DNA from: Bispira polyomma
Taxonomy: Eukaryota
Assembly: GCA_965649765.1 (NCBI GenBank)
Contig: OZ287749.1
Location: 24,180,001-24,244,000, forward strand
Length of the DNA: 64,000 bases
Direction of reading: 5' to 3'
Within the stretch, counting starts at the first letter, position 1, and every line of letters begins with the position of its first letter. Shown piece after piece: positions 12,701 through 27,700 of this stretch. The translations under genes were made by a program, and so were the position numbers. A model generated the notes under the pieces. That model saw only the letters and a list, made by a program, of their open reading frames with translations. It was not told the origin of the DNA and ran no database searches.

Positions 12701-15700
12701 CAGTATATATATCCACTGTATTTAGTTTTACTTATGTAGAACCACCTATTCCTCAATTTGCCAGCTTTAAGAACCACAAAATTGTTTCTGCTTATGCATA
12801 AATTTCACTTATACTGATTCGTTGGGAATTTTGTTCATTTGAATCATTAATATAGCACCAAATTAATGACAATACATCCTTGAAGGTGCTTGTTCTCCGA
12901 GAAGGGAATCAGTACTACAATAGTCCATTTGTTGCCATCAGTAGACAATAGTGTGTTCACATCTTGCCCAAGCATATTATCCACCCAATGACCGCTATGG
13001 CTTTAGTGGCAACTAGGGAACCTCAGATCACCAGACCAAGTCCCAACTACTAAGCCACAGAGAGATCTGATCACAAAGACATCAGAATGTGCCTTAAATT
13101 TAAATGGACGTTATTAACAGAATATCCCCTTGAAATTGTAAATTAATTGCAAAGCAATTTAAATGATCAATCAAATTTTTCTTTTGCTGGAGTTTTTTTT
13201 TTGTAAAATAACAATTACAGTAGAATCTCTATTATCCAAACATCTGTTATCAGAAAATTTGATTTTATGAACTCATTTCCATTCTCCTTAATTTAGATTT
13301 TTTCTATTGCTTTATACAGAAGTGCCACTTCTATTATTTATAAAACTTTTGTTTAACCAAACAAAATCTTGCTCCCTCAACATGTTTGGATAGTAGTGGT
13401 CTCTGCTGTATACTATAAAAGACATACTTGAGCTTTGCCTCTATAATCCCAGTGTCTTCTAAGGATTCTTCTAACACTTCAGGTTTTTTAAAATGAAACC
13501 CAATCAGTCTCAAATCTAAAACGTAAGAAATCAAATCAATCCTATGGTTTTTCTCTTTATCTATAGGTGTTGATATCCCAAAAAAGTAAAGTCCAAAGGC
13601 AAGCAGAGAGGTTGTTATCAAAAAGCATTGATGCAGGGGAGAAATTAAGGAGTGGGGTGGGGTGGGGTGGGGGGGGGGCAGTCTGAAAAGGTATGTCTTA
13701 TAGTGGCTTCTAAAACCAGCAGAATCCTGAATATAGACAAATACTTAATATATCCCATTATTTTTATGCTTCTTCTTAATGACTGCAATTCCCTTATGTT
13801 TGGGGTAAAAAAGTGTCACATAAACAAGCTACAGTCCAATAAAAACTGTCTATGTAGGGTAATTTTTGTCTGGGTTATAATCCGTACTGATGTCTTCCAT
13901 ACCTAAACAAGCAACCAGTGACCAATAAATGGGTTAATATTCGTTCGCTAACAGTAATTACGTCAACCTGTCAACCTAATGAACCTATAGGCAATTTGCA
14001 TCAAAATAAGATGAGAAAGATAATTTTATTCTGATTCTTGAGCTTTTTGTTGCATCAAAATCCATTGAGAAACGACTGAGATATTTAATCTTAAATATAA
14101 GTACCCAGCTTTCAAAACCAGGGCGGCAATACAGGGTGGAATTCTGATTCCAATTATATTCCGAGGTATAGTATATGGCCTGAAACTGGGACTTTTAAAA
14201 TCCCAAGATTTAGGGGATTTTACCTCCATAGGGAGCTTCAAGATTTAGAAGTAACCCAGAAACCGGGGCTTTTAAAAACGTGTACAAAATTTGAGTTCCC
14301 TTGTTGTTGGCTGTCTGTAGTCAATAATAATTTTGAATGATCTTGCCATAGGAAAGTGTTATAATAGTGGGCCACAGCAGACTTCCGGAAACACGCTGAG
14401 ATTTCTGATTTCTGGTTGTTTTGAATTATTTGTGGAGGTGGAATCTATAACTTTATTGTTTCGCAGCACTCGCTAGGGGCACTGGGGTCAGTTCTAAAAT
14501 GTCCGATGTAAACAATTCTCGCATAGATTGTTTGTAACTGTAGAATTTACTAAAATATACTCTTATATTAGGTGTTTTGAAAATGCATACACATGGTACG
14601 CAATTGATAGACTATCCAGCGTTCTGAGATGGATTTCATTGATTATTCACCTATATACAGCGTTTATAAAACACTGAAGAACGGTGGGCCTTTTGCATGG
14701 GTAGAAAGTGAAATATGTGACTATATAGGTCAAACCTATGTCAGTGGGACCTAGATTTTTAAAACCGTTATTATAGTTTTTTATTAAGAAAATAAATTGA
14801 CTGCATTATTCCCAGAATTAAAAAAGGATACCTGGAAAGTATAAAGTTCAATTTTCGGGCCGATTTCACGAAAATGCTGTCACAACACGAAATCCGCACC
14901 AACCCATCAATGAGTGAGACTAGCCATTCATTATCGAATTTTGTTTAAAATCCATGTCACCACTTTTAAAGCTGTCGTCTGTCAACAGCCCTCCTACCTT
15001 GTTATTCATCTTTCCCTTCAGTAACCTCAAAGACGTACAAAGAGATTTTCTGTTTCTTCTGTCAAACCTACCAACAGGGCTGGATCTAGAGCTTTTTTCA
15101 AATTGCTGCCCTATGTTATGGAATAGTCCCCCTGTTGAGCTCAGATCACTAGAAACACTTTCTGGGTTTTGCAAAAATCTATCTCTTTAAACTCGCATAG
15201 CTTCATAATTCCATCCCTGTGATATACCCCACATTCTTCCTTACGGCCTTGGCTATGTTTATTGGACTTCTCTATTGGTTAATTGATTCTGTTGTTGCAC
15301 TTCAGAAGATGTCTTACATTAAAAATGCAAAATACAATGACATGATTATGTGTTCACATATTTCAATGGAAAAATCACCAGGTCTAATTTAACTCCAATT
15401 AATAATATCATTAATTACAATAGGCACATGTTGAAATATATATCTATATAGGAAGTCAAACCATGACCTTACCAAACTCTGGCGGTGTATTTACATGTCC
15501 CTTCATGTAGCCTGTGATATGGGTCATATATTCCTGGATATCTCCTTGTTTGTGAATAAAGCCATACTCCACCATCGAAGTGACCATCTGAATCACCTGT
15601 CAACATAGTTACATGGCAGTGTATTTTAAGTGATGTCTGGTGGCCTTTAAGTGGTTGGAACATGATCACTTACATTTAAAGCTTAGTGTTGATGATGTTG

Positions 15701-18700
15701 TACATATAAATATTATACAGGACCTATTAAGTCTGAGGGAGGATGGAAATACTTTTTTAACCCATCAGGAAATAAATAAGATACTAGAGTTTTTTCTGTT
15801 TTGTTTGTTCCTATCATGTTTGAAAATTATAAAAAAAGTACTTTGAGTAGGAATAAACTATATATATAATAAAAAATAACAATCTATTAAATTGTACAGA
15901 TCAATGGAAAATAGATAGGCAAATGTTGTGTATTTGCCATAAAGAATATGTGGTACATTCAACATTCACGTATTAATATATCGAATTCATAAATTGATAT
16001 TTTCGAATTATGGCAAATATTCCCTATAAGACCAGCGCAGTGTCATGGCCAAAGTTCTTAAGATCAGAAATAGTTAAAATGAGACATTAAGAACAGCAGT
16101 ATTAATGTCAAAATATTTATTCCATGCATTCAATTCAAATGTGAGATCACATGGTACAATTAGGCTGTACCATCAAGCCCAACTGGCCTAAAGGGTGTAG
16201 TTATTCAAGATATAAATAAATAAAAAAAAGAATTAATACTCCCCCCCCCCCCCTCCCTCCCTTTTCCACATTAACACAATGCATAATAATAGACAATAAT
16301 TTAGCCTACGCTTCCTTTCAGCAGTCACAGATTTTTTAAAAATCTGAGCCGATCCAATGTCGGCCAATGTAGCGCTTCCTTTCATCAGATATGTAGTAAA
16401 TATTTTAATGCAAATTTTTTTTTTTCCTAATTTTTTGTTTCAAAATCGGACAGTTGTCCCAATTATTCCCCTCCCTGACAGATAAAAAATGTCGGCCTAA
16501 CAGAAGTCTGCTGACGTATGATCTGATTTGCTGCAAATATGATGAAAGGAAGCACTTGGTTATATTATATAGTGACCAATAAAATCAGCCAAGAAAAACA
16601 TGCTGAAAGGAAGCGTAGGCTTACAACATCCTATCTACCGAGTTGGTACCTAAAACACACTGTTAAGCTTTTCCACTTCTTTTAAAAGTTGTGCTGTCAC
16701 CATGCCTGACCTCTTACCATACTAAAACAATTTGCTACCTTTTTTTGGTTAATGTCGCATATAACATAGATATTTTAGAAAAAAAACCTATGCTTTCTTT
16801 CTTTTAAACCCACATGAAGGAACAAACACAACGATATGTTGAATATGTGGTACAGCCTTGGAAGGTATTTGTATGCAGGTCTAACTTCAGATATAAATTT
16901 TTTTATGTTGTGACAGAAATTAAAATCTACATTTTTTGACAAAATTCTTACATCTGTCAAATACTTACATCTGTCAATTTTTAATTTAGCTTTTAATTTT
17001 TGTAGCACAACATCAAAATATGTCATGCTACAAAAAAACCCAGCCAGCTACAAACTTACATCACTGGTCAGCAAGTTTCTCTCTGGCTGGGAGGATACCA
17101 GCTTTGGATTCTTGTGAAAGTAGGATTTGATCCATTTCTTTAGTTCTTGAAATCGGCTGGCACTTGTAATGGCTGACTGTAGAAACAACTAAGACATTTA
17201 AAACCTCCATTATCTAAACTGTATGGTGAAAGAGTTACATTTTGTTAGGATAATTGAAGCTTTCTAAGGTAGAGTATCCAATAAGTATATAACTACAGGG
17301 AAATGATAGTTAAAATGAATGAATGAGATTTTATATTTTAAAAGCGCCTTATTTCTTTACCTTTGAGGTCAACCAAGTCTCCCTCATCAGCAGACTATTG
17401 TTAAAGCTTTACCTGTAGTAAATTTCAGATCTGTAGTGACTTTTTAAAGTCTTTACTATAATTTGCATTACCTGCTCTTCATTGGAGTAACCCATCACAC
17501 TGTCACCAAGGCTGAACGCATAGTTGTTCGACATTTTACTGAAAAGTGACCCATTGTCAACTTCCAGAAATAGCACTATAGAAAGTAAATATCAAAAATA
17601 AGACATCAGCTGTTTCTTGCTAGAACAAGTTAATACGATAAAACTGAAGGCTAAATTCTAAAATTCACTGGACAGAGCATGACCATATTGAAAATAGTTT
17701 TCTCTAGAGTCTCCACTATGACAGTATTAGGGTTTAGTGTTATCCTTAGGGTTTATCGTTACGCATTCATAAGCCAGAACCAATATAGCCATGCCCTCTC
17801 GAGTGAATTATAGAATCGTTTCAAACTGAACACTAATTCTTTATTCAAGAAAATTCAAATATGTTGACTATTTTAAGAGATTTCCCACCAATGGGGATCA
17901 TTACATAAGTATATTTCCACAATTATATAGTCTTTTGTCCATACCTTGTCCAAAATTTTGTACAAGTTATTATTATTTATTATTATAGATTTTTAACGCG
18001 CTTTATTGATGCTAGGCATCTTCTAAAAGCACAACAGCAGAATCATTAGTCCAATCATTAAGTCCATGGAAATTGCAAAGTCGTAAGGAAGGAAGTGGGA
18101 GCGTGCACGAGGAAAGCTAAGGTGGGTAGGCAAGATTAAAAAGATAGGTTTTAAGCTTTTTCCTAAAACCGATAAGTGTGTCAACTGATCTGAGGTCAAC
18201 TGGGAGACTGTTCCATAACCGTGGAGCTGCAGTGGAGAACGCTCTTAAACCCGCCTTTCTGATTGGTCTGACCAAAGTGACAGAGAGTCTGTTGCCTCTC
18301 TTGCAGTTACTGAAGGAAAGAAGGGAGGCAAGGTAGGGTGGCTGTTGAGTGACTACAGCCTTAAAAGTGGTAACGTGAATCTTAAACAAAATTCGAGATT
18401 TAATGGGCAACCAGTGTAATTTTTTGAGGTAAGGAGTGACGTCTGTGCGACAACCCAGGCTAAAAATGACCCTACATAGGTAGTTTTGGATGGACTGGAG
18501 CTTTTTAATGTTTGACTTGTTTGCTTCGTACAAGAGAGAATTGCAGTAGTCGAGGCAGCTACTCACAAGGGCATTTGCCACAGTTATCGCTGTGTCCATG
18601 GACAAGTGGTTTCTGATTCTTTTGATGTCGCGTATGTGGTAATAGCAGGAGCGACAGATGTTGGCAACATGAGTATCGAACGAAAAAGCTGAATCAAAAG

Positions 18701-21700
18701 TGACACCCAGGTTTTTAGCATTTTCGGAAGGTAGTATGTCTTTTCCCAGCAGGGAGACAGTTACTTATACGAAATCTGAATTTGTATATAACATATAGAT
18801 ATATTACATTTATTACAGGTGGGACTCAGTGGTGTATACATTCGCCTCTTACGTCTGCCACAGTGGTCTAATATCTTGGCCGTGACATGTATTTACACAT
18901 AGAAAAAGTCTTGAAAGACTTAATATATCATTGTTTTATGAAAGCATCTAATATAGAAAATATGTGTACCAATTGATAGATGATAGCAAAATTGACAAGT
19001 GTTTCAATGACATCAATAAATTGTGTATAAATATTCCTAAATATATGTCCTACATTGCTTTAAATGTCATATACAAGATAGTTGTATTACAGCACATTGA
19101 ATAATTTATTTGTAAATGTGTGTAGGTTTATAGTTTTATATCACCTCTATTGACGTCTCATCCGATTTTACAATTTACACCCCTCGGTATGGATTCTTCC
19201 ACTTGTCAACCAATTTTTTAGTCTTGGCTCCCTCAGGACAAGTATACTAGCGATGCTGCCACATTCGGCGCCACATATTACACAGATTTAAGTTACTAGA
19301 AGTATAGACTCACCAATGATGAGCTCACAGAACTTCCTTCTCACCCTGTGTGGTAACTGTACTGACTTCAGTCCCAAGAAGGCCACATCCCAGATCAACA
19401 CACCCTTCCTCTCTGTCACCAGGGGGATGGCGGTCTTGTTTTTGCCCTGTTTAAGGAATAACACATGACAAAGCATGGTATACGGTAATTTTTACCTCGA
19501 TTGGAGGCATAGTAACACAATTGTTTCAAAGCTCCAAGAGTGGTAAGATTAACTGTATACCATGCTTTGGAATGTGTTATTCAAATTCAAGACAAGACAG
19601 AAACACGCAATAACAGAATCTATTAACCATTCAAGAATTTAAAAAATGTATATAACCAAGGTCGTAAGGATGTGAGGGTGTACTTGGAGGGAACTAATTA
19701 TAAGAGAGATAAGTGTGTTTAAAGAGACATGTTTAATCTTTTTCTTGGTTATCCTATTTTTGCCCCGATACAATGTTAAAATTATCTGAGTGGTGCCAAT
19801 GTTTAACTTAATTTACCATGAAAGGAGATAAACCAATACCATCAACGATTTGCTATAGGAAACAACTCTGTCCCTCGCCATGCGTACATCAGTAAAAGTC
19901 AAAGCATTGTCGAGGACTGAAAACTCTGTCTAGTACTTACATGTGACAACATTTTCGAAAAAAGGTTTACACTTACAAAGCACAGCTGTTTGTATAGTTC
20001 CAGTTGCTTCAGGAAAAATGTAGCGTGTTCTTCTGAGTACTCAGAATCACTGCTCTGTGAAACAAAATATAAAAAATGTAAAAGGTATTTAACAAAATTT
20101 GTTCTAATTGGGTTTTTGTGTTGTTTTCATTAGCTTAGGCAATCTCACAGTGGATAGATTTAATGGTGAAAGAAATCAGTGCTGATGAAGCACTATATAC
20201 CAACAGCAAATACCTGACCAACTTTCCCACATTTAGGAACGAACATGATTCGAACCCACATTGGTGAGAGGCCAGTGATTGAAAAGCAGGTGCTTCTATA
20301 ACTCTGAATATCCGCAATTTACATCTAGAGTCACACAGTGGTACAAATTTAAGATCTTCATAATATGTGAGATGTAAACTTATGTGTGATAAATGTGTGG
20401 ATTTCATTTATCAATAAATTCTATGATGTACAAAATGTACAATATGTTAGTCAATAATACTACAGTAATACAAATAAATTTACTGCAATTTTGAATTTTA
20501 ACTAAAAAAAATATTTTATTTTACTTACTTTTACTTATATATATGTAGTACTTATTTCCACTATTGACCAATTTTAATACTTTATACCAGCAAACTACTA
20601 TAAGTCCTACTAGATTTCAGTATTCAAGCAGATGTCATCTACTTTTGGGCTTTCATCTCAAATGTTTCCACAATTAAAATATATGTTTACACATATTTAT
20701 TTTACCACATGTATATATAATCTTATATGTTTTGCAAAAAAAAAAAACTTATATCAACAGATATGAGTAAACAATTTTTCTACTTTTTTTTTTTTTACTT
20801 TTTCATACAAATTTTTTATGTATAATTTGGCAAATTTTAAATCAGTAGCAAATGTTTGGTTCTTTACTGTGACACATTTGTCTTACATCTAGGAACTTGT
20901 GAAGGTGAATCCAGTTTTGTCCATCGTCCATGGACAGGAAAAGTGTGTCTTTACCCGAAGTTTGATCTTGACCAACTTCCAGTTGATACAAAGATTCCTG
21001 TGAAGAACAGATTTAGTACACTAAAATCTCTTTAAGTAGAACTGTGAAAGCAATTTCTGACGTATATCGAAAAATATCTGTAGTCCTACAAAGGTTGTTT
21101 CCTGTAAAATCTACACTGTTGAATAGAAATTCTGCTCAAGTAGAGGTATATCGTATTGTGTTCAAATTGATACATTTATCCACACTTATCTGGTACTCAA
21201 AGAGCGTTTAAATTACCCTTTTCTTGACTGACAAAGTGGAGCCAACCAACATCAGTAACTGTCATTTCTCAAACTGAAGACAGCTGCTTGGGGATGGCAA
21301 TTTATCAACATCCCCAAGATCCCTTTAACCTGCCACTTGGGACTAGGGCCCAAAGACAGAGAATTGTTGTTTTAATTGGTCATCCGAGCCACTATGTATC
21401 AATATGGGACTAGGGCCCAAAGACAGAGAATTGCTGTTTTAATTGGTCATCCGAGCCACTATGTATCAATATGGGACTAGGGCCCAAAGACAGAGAATTG
21501 CCATTTTAATTGGTCATCCGAGCCACTATGTATCAATATATATCTGGACGCCTTGGGCTGGGATTAAAGCCAGACCCTCTGTGTTACCAAGTGAGTGTGT
21601 TACCCACTAGGCCACAGGTATAGCTCCTGGTTCGCTCATGGTTCAATTTAAAGGGAGTTCAACTTTATGTGGTAAACAATATTGACATGTTGTTATCTAG

Positions 21701-24700
21701 ATTTAATTATATCAGCTAGATTTAATGATATCAGATTGATTATATAGATTTATCATTATGACAACAAAAGTAAAAGACACAACATATACGGTTCTTGATT
21801 CTACTGCAAATACCCAACAATCAATAAAATGGGCCCTATTATGAGCTGTACAGTGTCCACTATATATGACCACTCACTTAACAGCTGAATCCATATTGTC
21901 TCAATATGATTCAATTATAAACATATTCTCACTATCACAAAACTTACCGTATATACTCATATGTTATGACTAAAACACCTCCATTATTAAACTACTTCTT
22001 TTATTTAAGTATTTGATTTTTGAACTCATTATTTTCTCTCTTGTCAAAGTTGTACTTTCATTTTATTGTCTTTACCAAAATAACTCTTCTCTATAACAAA
22101 CCTTCTGATATCCAAACAAAACCTTACTGTCCCTAGGGGTGCACATATGAATAATAGAGCTTCTAATTTGTTTATTCAAAATTTTATTGTCCAAATATTC
22201 AATTTTTATGATTTCTCCCGAATTTCTGAACCTTCGGTTATGCAAATAGAAAATCGATTTTACGAGTCATTTTCGTTGCAAAGAGTGAAATCAGCCACTG
22301 ATGATTCATTTTCACAAATGTCTCAGATTTGTTTGTATTTATAAGATTTCCTTGACAAAAACAATTCTAGAAAAATCCATCTATATTACGCGGTACTTAC
22401 AGTAATGTCAGTAAAAAGTAACTGTAACTATATAATAGCAATTGATAATTATATACTTATTTCATTTTAAATTGTGGAAAATCATGTTTGCCATTAACAA
22501 TAAAAGCCAAATATAAATGCAAACTTTGACACAAAAGCAGAATAAATTTGCTTTATATTGCAAGCATAATGTGTCCTTTTAAATGAGTTTGTACATCTAC
22601 CTGTAAATTGTAGGTAATTATTGCAAAAAAAAAAAATTATCAACTTAATTTGTGGCAAAATCATTACATTACCTTATAAGTGAGAATCATTGTTTCTGCT
22701 ATCAGTCCTTGATTGTCTACTATGGCGATGTCATTACAGATACAGAGAACTCCCATCATGTCCAGAAACTGGTGAGACTGTAAGAAAGCATGGCACAAGT
22801 TGGAAGTTAATACTCTGGAAACAAGAGTTGTCTTTTAACAAAGACACAGGCGCACAGTGTGAAATACACTAACGTTAATATGGCCACTATATACTCAGGT
22901 AAATCTGACACCCATTAGTTTGGACAGGTTGATTGCTTCCAACCAATCCCAGAAGGCCTTATATATTATTTTAATGGCAGCAACCTTTTTAGACTGAAAA
23001 TAACGTCGGCTGTGCCTGATAATAAAATAGGCTAGACAGACTAAGAAGGACCATACCAGTGCAGAGATGCATAGCAAGAGTGCCCAAGTACACCATTGAG
23101 GTTGTTATAAGAAACTATAAGGATCTTTTAGGTTAAGAATATTACATGTGTAAAAATGGCTATAAGAATATATTAAAAACGATAGTGATGCCACGTAGTA
23201 TAAAAGAATAGAAATTGTACATTGTGTAATTGTTTAATAAAATCATATAAGTTAAAATCAAAATATTAATTTCATGCACTTTTACCCAACCTTTTTTTTT
23301 TGCATAGTGGTATGTATCAAGGGGACAACATGACACGACAGTAACATTTACATCAAACACGGCACAACACAACATAATCTATAACAAAAATATAGATCCT
23401 GCTGTTTTGCTGTATATTTACATCATATGGATAATTTACAATGATTGCAAGGACACCATGTTTTTTTTAGAGATATCTCCAAGTTTTATTGCCATGTAGT
23501 GTCGTGTCGGGAGCAGTGTAAATAATCTCTCTATACCGTTTTATTTCCATTTTTTGTTGTGTTGTGTCATCGGTGGTCTGTGAAGCCCTTAAGTGTCTAA
23601 CAGTTTTTGTTTGTTATACAATGACCAACTTTTCCATGATTTTAGCACACAGTAGTACAGTATGTGTTCTATATGTACCTTTCTCTCCATTAGGATACTT
23701 ATCAGCCTCTTCACTAACGGAGGGCGTATTCTGTCAATGACTTTCCGGTTGTCTCTCATCAGCTCTGTGACAGTCAGGCAGCACTGCAGACCAATATCAC
23801 CCTGTTAAAAGTAATCATTAACATTATTGATTATTACTGAATTATATAGTGCCATGTTGATATATCATCCTCCTAGACAGGCACACTTGTTCGCTGAAAG
23901 GGATAGTCGTACAATAATGTGGGTCATCATTAGTCTAAGCAACGGCATGTTGACATCTTCCCCAAGGATATTGTCCTCCATAAATGAACCTAGTGGCATC
24001 AGCACGAGTCAAACCAGGGACCTTTAGATCAGCAGACCAACTCCCCAATCACTAGGTCATCATCAGCAACCATGGGAGACCACATTATATCAAATGAAAA
24101 CTGGAGGATCATTCAGAGTGCATACCCCCTGCAAGGCCCCACATTCCAATAAAGAGATAAGAAATTACTGGATTACCAATTAACATGACAACAAATCGGG
24201 ATATTGACTAAAAAAATTTGGTCAGGATCAAAAGTTGCACAAATCTATTTTTTTATATGTTCACACAAATTTTGTTGAGAGATCTACCTAGCCCACATGG
24301 AGATGAGTGATTATTAAAGTCTGGTTTATGTTCAGTCAGGGTCACTGTGCAAGATTCGGGCAAATATTTCGGCTGCAGTGTGTATATTGACAGTGTATAA
24401 AATTTGGCTTAGCATATGTTTCTTTATACATAGGCACGTACATTAATAATTCCTGATTTGGTACAGTATGAATCAGGGGCAGTAATCTTGAAATATCTCA
24501 AGTTATGAACTCTGACTCAAATCTAAAGTCCCCTGACTGTATATTTGAATTCAGCACTGAAACCTCTAAAAAAATAACTGGTCATCAGTTTAAATTGAAT
24601 CCAAAACTCATTTTGATCACAGTTTCTTCTACAGTACACCAAAACTATGGAACAGTATGCAGCAAGAAATGCGTGCTGCTCCAACCTTGTCATCCTTTAG

Positions 24701-27700
24701 AAACTTAAGATATACTTGTTTGCCAAGGCTTTCCCTCCCTAGTTACATATTCATTCCGGCGTCTCCTGGAATATGACGACCTTCCGTAAAAAGGACTTTA
24801 CAGGACTTGAATATGAACATGTAATATGCGCCTTAGCATCCACTTTAATGGAGATTAAGCACTATAGAAGTTTGATTAGATTAGATTAGGTTTATTGATG
24901 TACAGTTTAAGCTAGACCGAGTTTTCTGTCCTTGGCAATGCTTTGATTTACTAATGTACGCATGACGAGAGACAGAGCTGTCTACTATAGCAAATCGTTG
25001 TAAATGTGTAACGGCACATATAACAGACAAACAGAATAATTTTCCCATGTAGTTTGTGGTTATATTGATTTATCTAATAGCCGCACACAATATTAGAACT
25101 TACAGCCAACCTAAAATACTTAATTAATTACATACAATTTTTTGAAAATATTGACGTACATTTCCCGTTCTATGGTATATAGTAAAATGCTGTGTCAGAT
25201 TTACAACAATTTGCTAAAGTAGACAACTCTGTCCCTCATAGTGCCATCTGTAAATCAAAGCATCAGCGAGGACAGGAAACTCTAAGTTTAAGCTAGAGTT
25301 AAAGCCTCACCTGTAGGAGGAGATGTGAAGGAGATTAAGCCTCACCTGTAGGAGGAGATCTGTAAGAGTTAAAGCCTCACCTGTAGGAGGAGATCTGTAA
25401 GAGTTAAAGCCTCACCTGTAGGAGGAGATGTGTAAGAGTTAAAGCCTCACCTGTAGGAGGAGATGTGTAAGAGTTAAAGCCTCACCTGTAGGAGGAGATG
25501 TGTAAGAGTTAAAGCCTCACCTGTAGGAGGAGATGTGTAAGAGTTAAAGCCTCACCTGTAGGAGGAGATCTGTAAGAGTTAAAGCCTCACCTGTAGGAGG
25601 AGATGTGTAAGAGTTAAAGCCTCACCTGTAGGAGGAGATCTGTAAGAGTTAAAGCCTCACCTGTAGGAGGAGATCTGTAAGAGTTAAAGCCTCACCTGTA
25701 GGAGGAGATGTGAAGGAGATTAAGCCTCACCTGTAGGAGGAGATCTGTAAGAGTTAAAGCCTCACCTGTAGGAGGAGATGTGTAAGAGTTAAAGCCTCAC
25801 CTGTAGGAGGAGATGTGTAAGAGTTAAAGCCTCACCTGTAGGAGGAGATGTGTAAGAGTTAAAGCCTCACCTGTAGGAGGAGATGTGTAAGAGTTAAAGC
25901 CTCACCTGTAGGAGGAGATGTGTAAGAGTTAAAGCCTCACCTGTAGGAGGAGATCTGTAAGAGTTAAAGCCTCACCTGTAGGAGGAGATGTGTAAGAGTT
26001 AAAGCCTCACCTGTAGGAGGAGATCTGTAAGAGTTAAAGCCTCACCTGTAGGAGGAGATCTGTAAGAGTTAAAGCCTCACCTGTAGGAGGAGATCTGTAA
26101 GAGTTAAAGCCTCACCTGTAGGAGGAGATGTGTAAGAGTTAAAGCCTCACCTGTAGGAGGAGATGTGTAAGAGTTAAAGCCTCACCTGTAGGAGGAGATC
26201 TGTAAGAGTTAAAGCCTCACCTGTAGGAGGAGATCTGTAAGAGTTAAAGCCTCACCTGTAGGAGGAGATCTGTAAGAGTTAAAGCCTCACCTGTAGGAGG
26301 AGATCTGTAAGAGTTAAAGCCTCACCTGTAGGAGGAGATGTGTAAGAGTTAAAGCCTCACCTGTAGGAGGAGATCTGTAAGAGTTAAAGCCTCACCTGTA
26401 GGAGGAGATCTGTAAGAGTTAAAGCCTCACCTGTAGGAGGAGATGTGTAAGAGTTAAAGCCTCACCTGTAGGAGGAGATGTGTAAGAGTTAAAGCCTCAC
26501 CTGTAGGAGGAGATGTGTAAGAGTTAAAGCCTCACCTGTAGGAGGAGATCTGTAAGAGTTAAAGCCTCACCTGTAGGAGGAGATGTGTAAGAGTTAAAGC
26601 CTCACCTGTAGGAGGAGATGTGTAAGAGTTAAAGCCTCACCTGTAGGAGGAGATCTGTAAGAGTTAAAGCCTCACCTGTAGGAGGAGATGTGTAAGAGTT
26701 AAAGCCTCACCTGTAGGAGGAGATGTGTAAGAGTTAAAGCCTCACCTGTAGGAGGAGATGTGTAAGAGTTAAAGCCTCACCTGTAGGAGGAGATGTGTAA
26801 GAGTTAAAGCCTCACCTGTAGGAGGAGATGTGTAAGAGTTAAAGCCTCACCTGTAGGAGGAGATGTGTAAGAGTTAAAGCCTCACCTGTAGGAGGAGATC
26901 TGTAAGAGTTAAAGCCTCACCTGTAGGAGGAGATGTGTAAGAGTTAAAGCCTCACCTGTAGGAGGAGATCTGTAAGAGTTAAAGCCTCACCTGTAGGAGG
27001 AGATCTGTAAGAGTTAAAGCCTCACCTGTAGGAGGAGATCTGTAAGAGTTAAAGCCTCACCTGTAGGAGGAGATGTGTAAGAGTTAAAGCCTCACCTGTA
27101 GGAGGAGATGTGTAAGAGTTAAAGCCTCACCTGTAGGAGGAGATGTGTAAGAGTTAAAGCCTCACCTGTAGGAGGAGATCTGTAAGAGTTAAAGCCTCAC
27201 CTGTAGGAGGAGATCTGTAAGAGTTAAAGCCTCACCTGTAGGAGGAGATCTGTAAGAGTTAAAGCCTCACCTGTAGGAGGAGATCTGTAAGAGTTAAAGC
27301 CTCACCTGTAGGAGGAGATCTGTAAGAGTTAAAGCCTCACCTGTAGGAGGAGATGTGTAAGAGTTAAAGCCTCACCTGTAGGAGGAGATCTGTAAGAGTT
27401 AAAGCCTCACCTGTAGGAGGAGATGTGTAAGAGTTAAAGCCTCACCTGTAGGAGGAGATGTGTAAGAGTTAAAGCCTCACCTGTAGGAGGAGATGTGTAA
27501 GAGTTAAAGCCTCACCTGTAGGAGGAGATGTGTAAGAGTTAAAGCCTCACCTGTAGGAGGAGATGTGTAAGAGTTAAAGCCTCACCTGTAGGAGGAGATC
27601 TGTAAGAGTTAAAGCCTCACCTGTAGGAGGAGATCTGTAAGAGTTAAAGCCTCACCTGTAGGAGGAGATCTGTAAGAGTGAAAGCCTCACCTGTAGGAGG

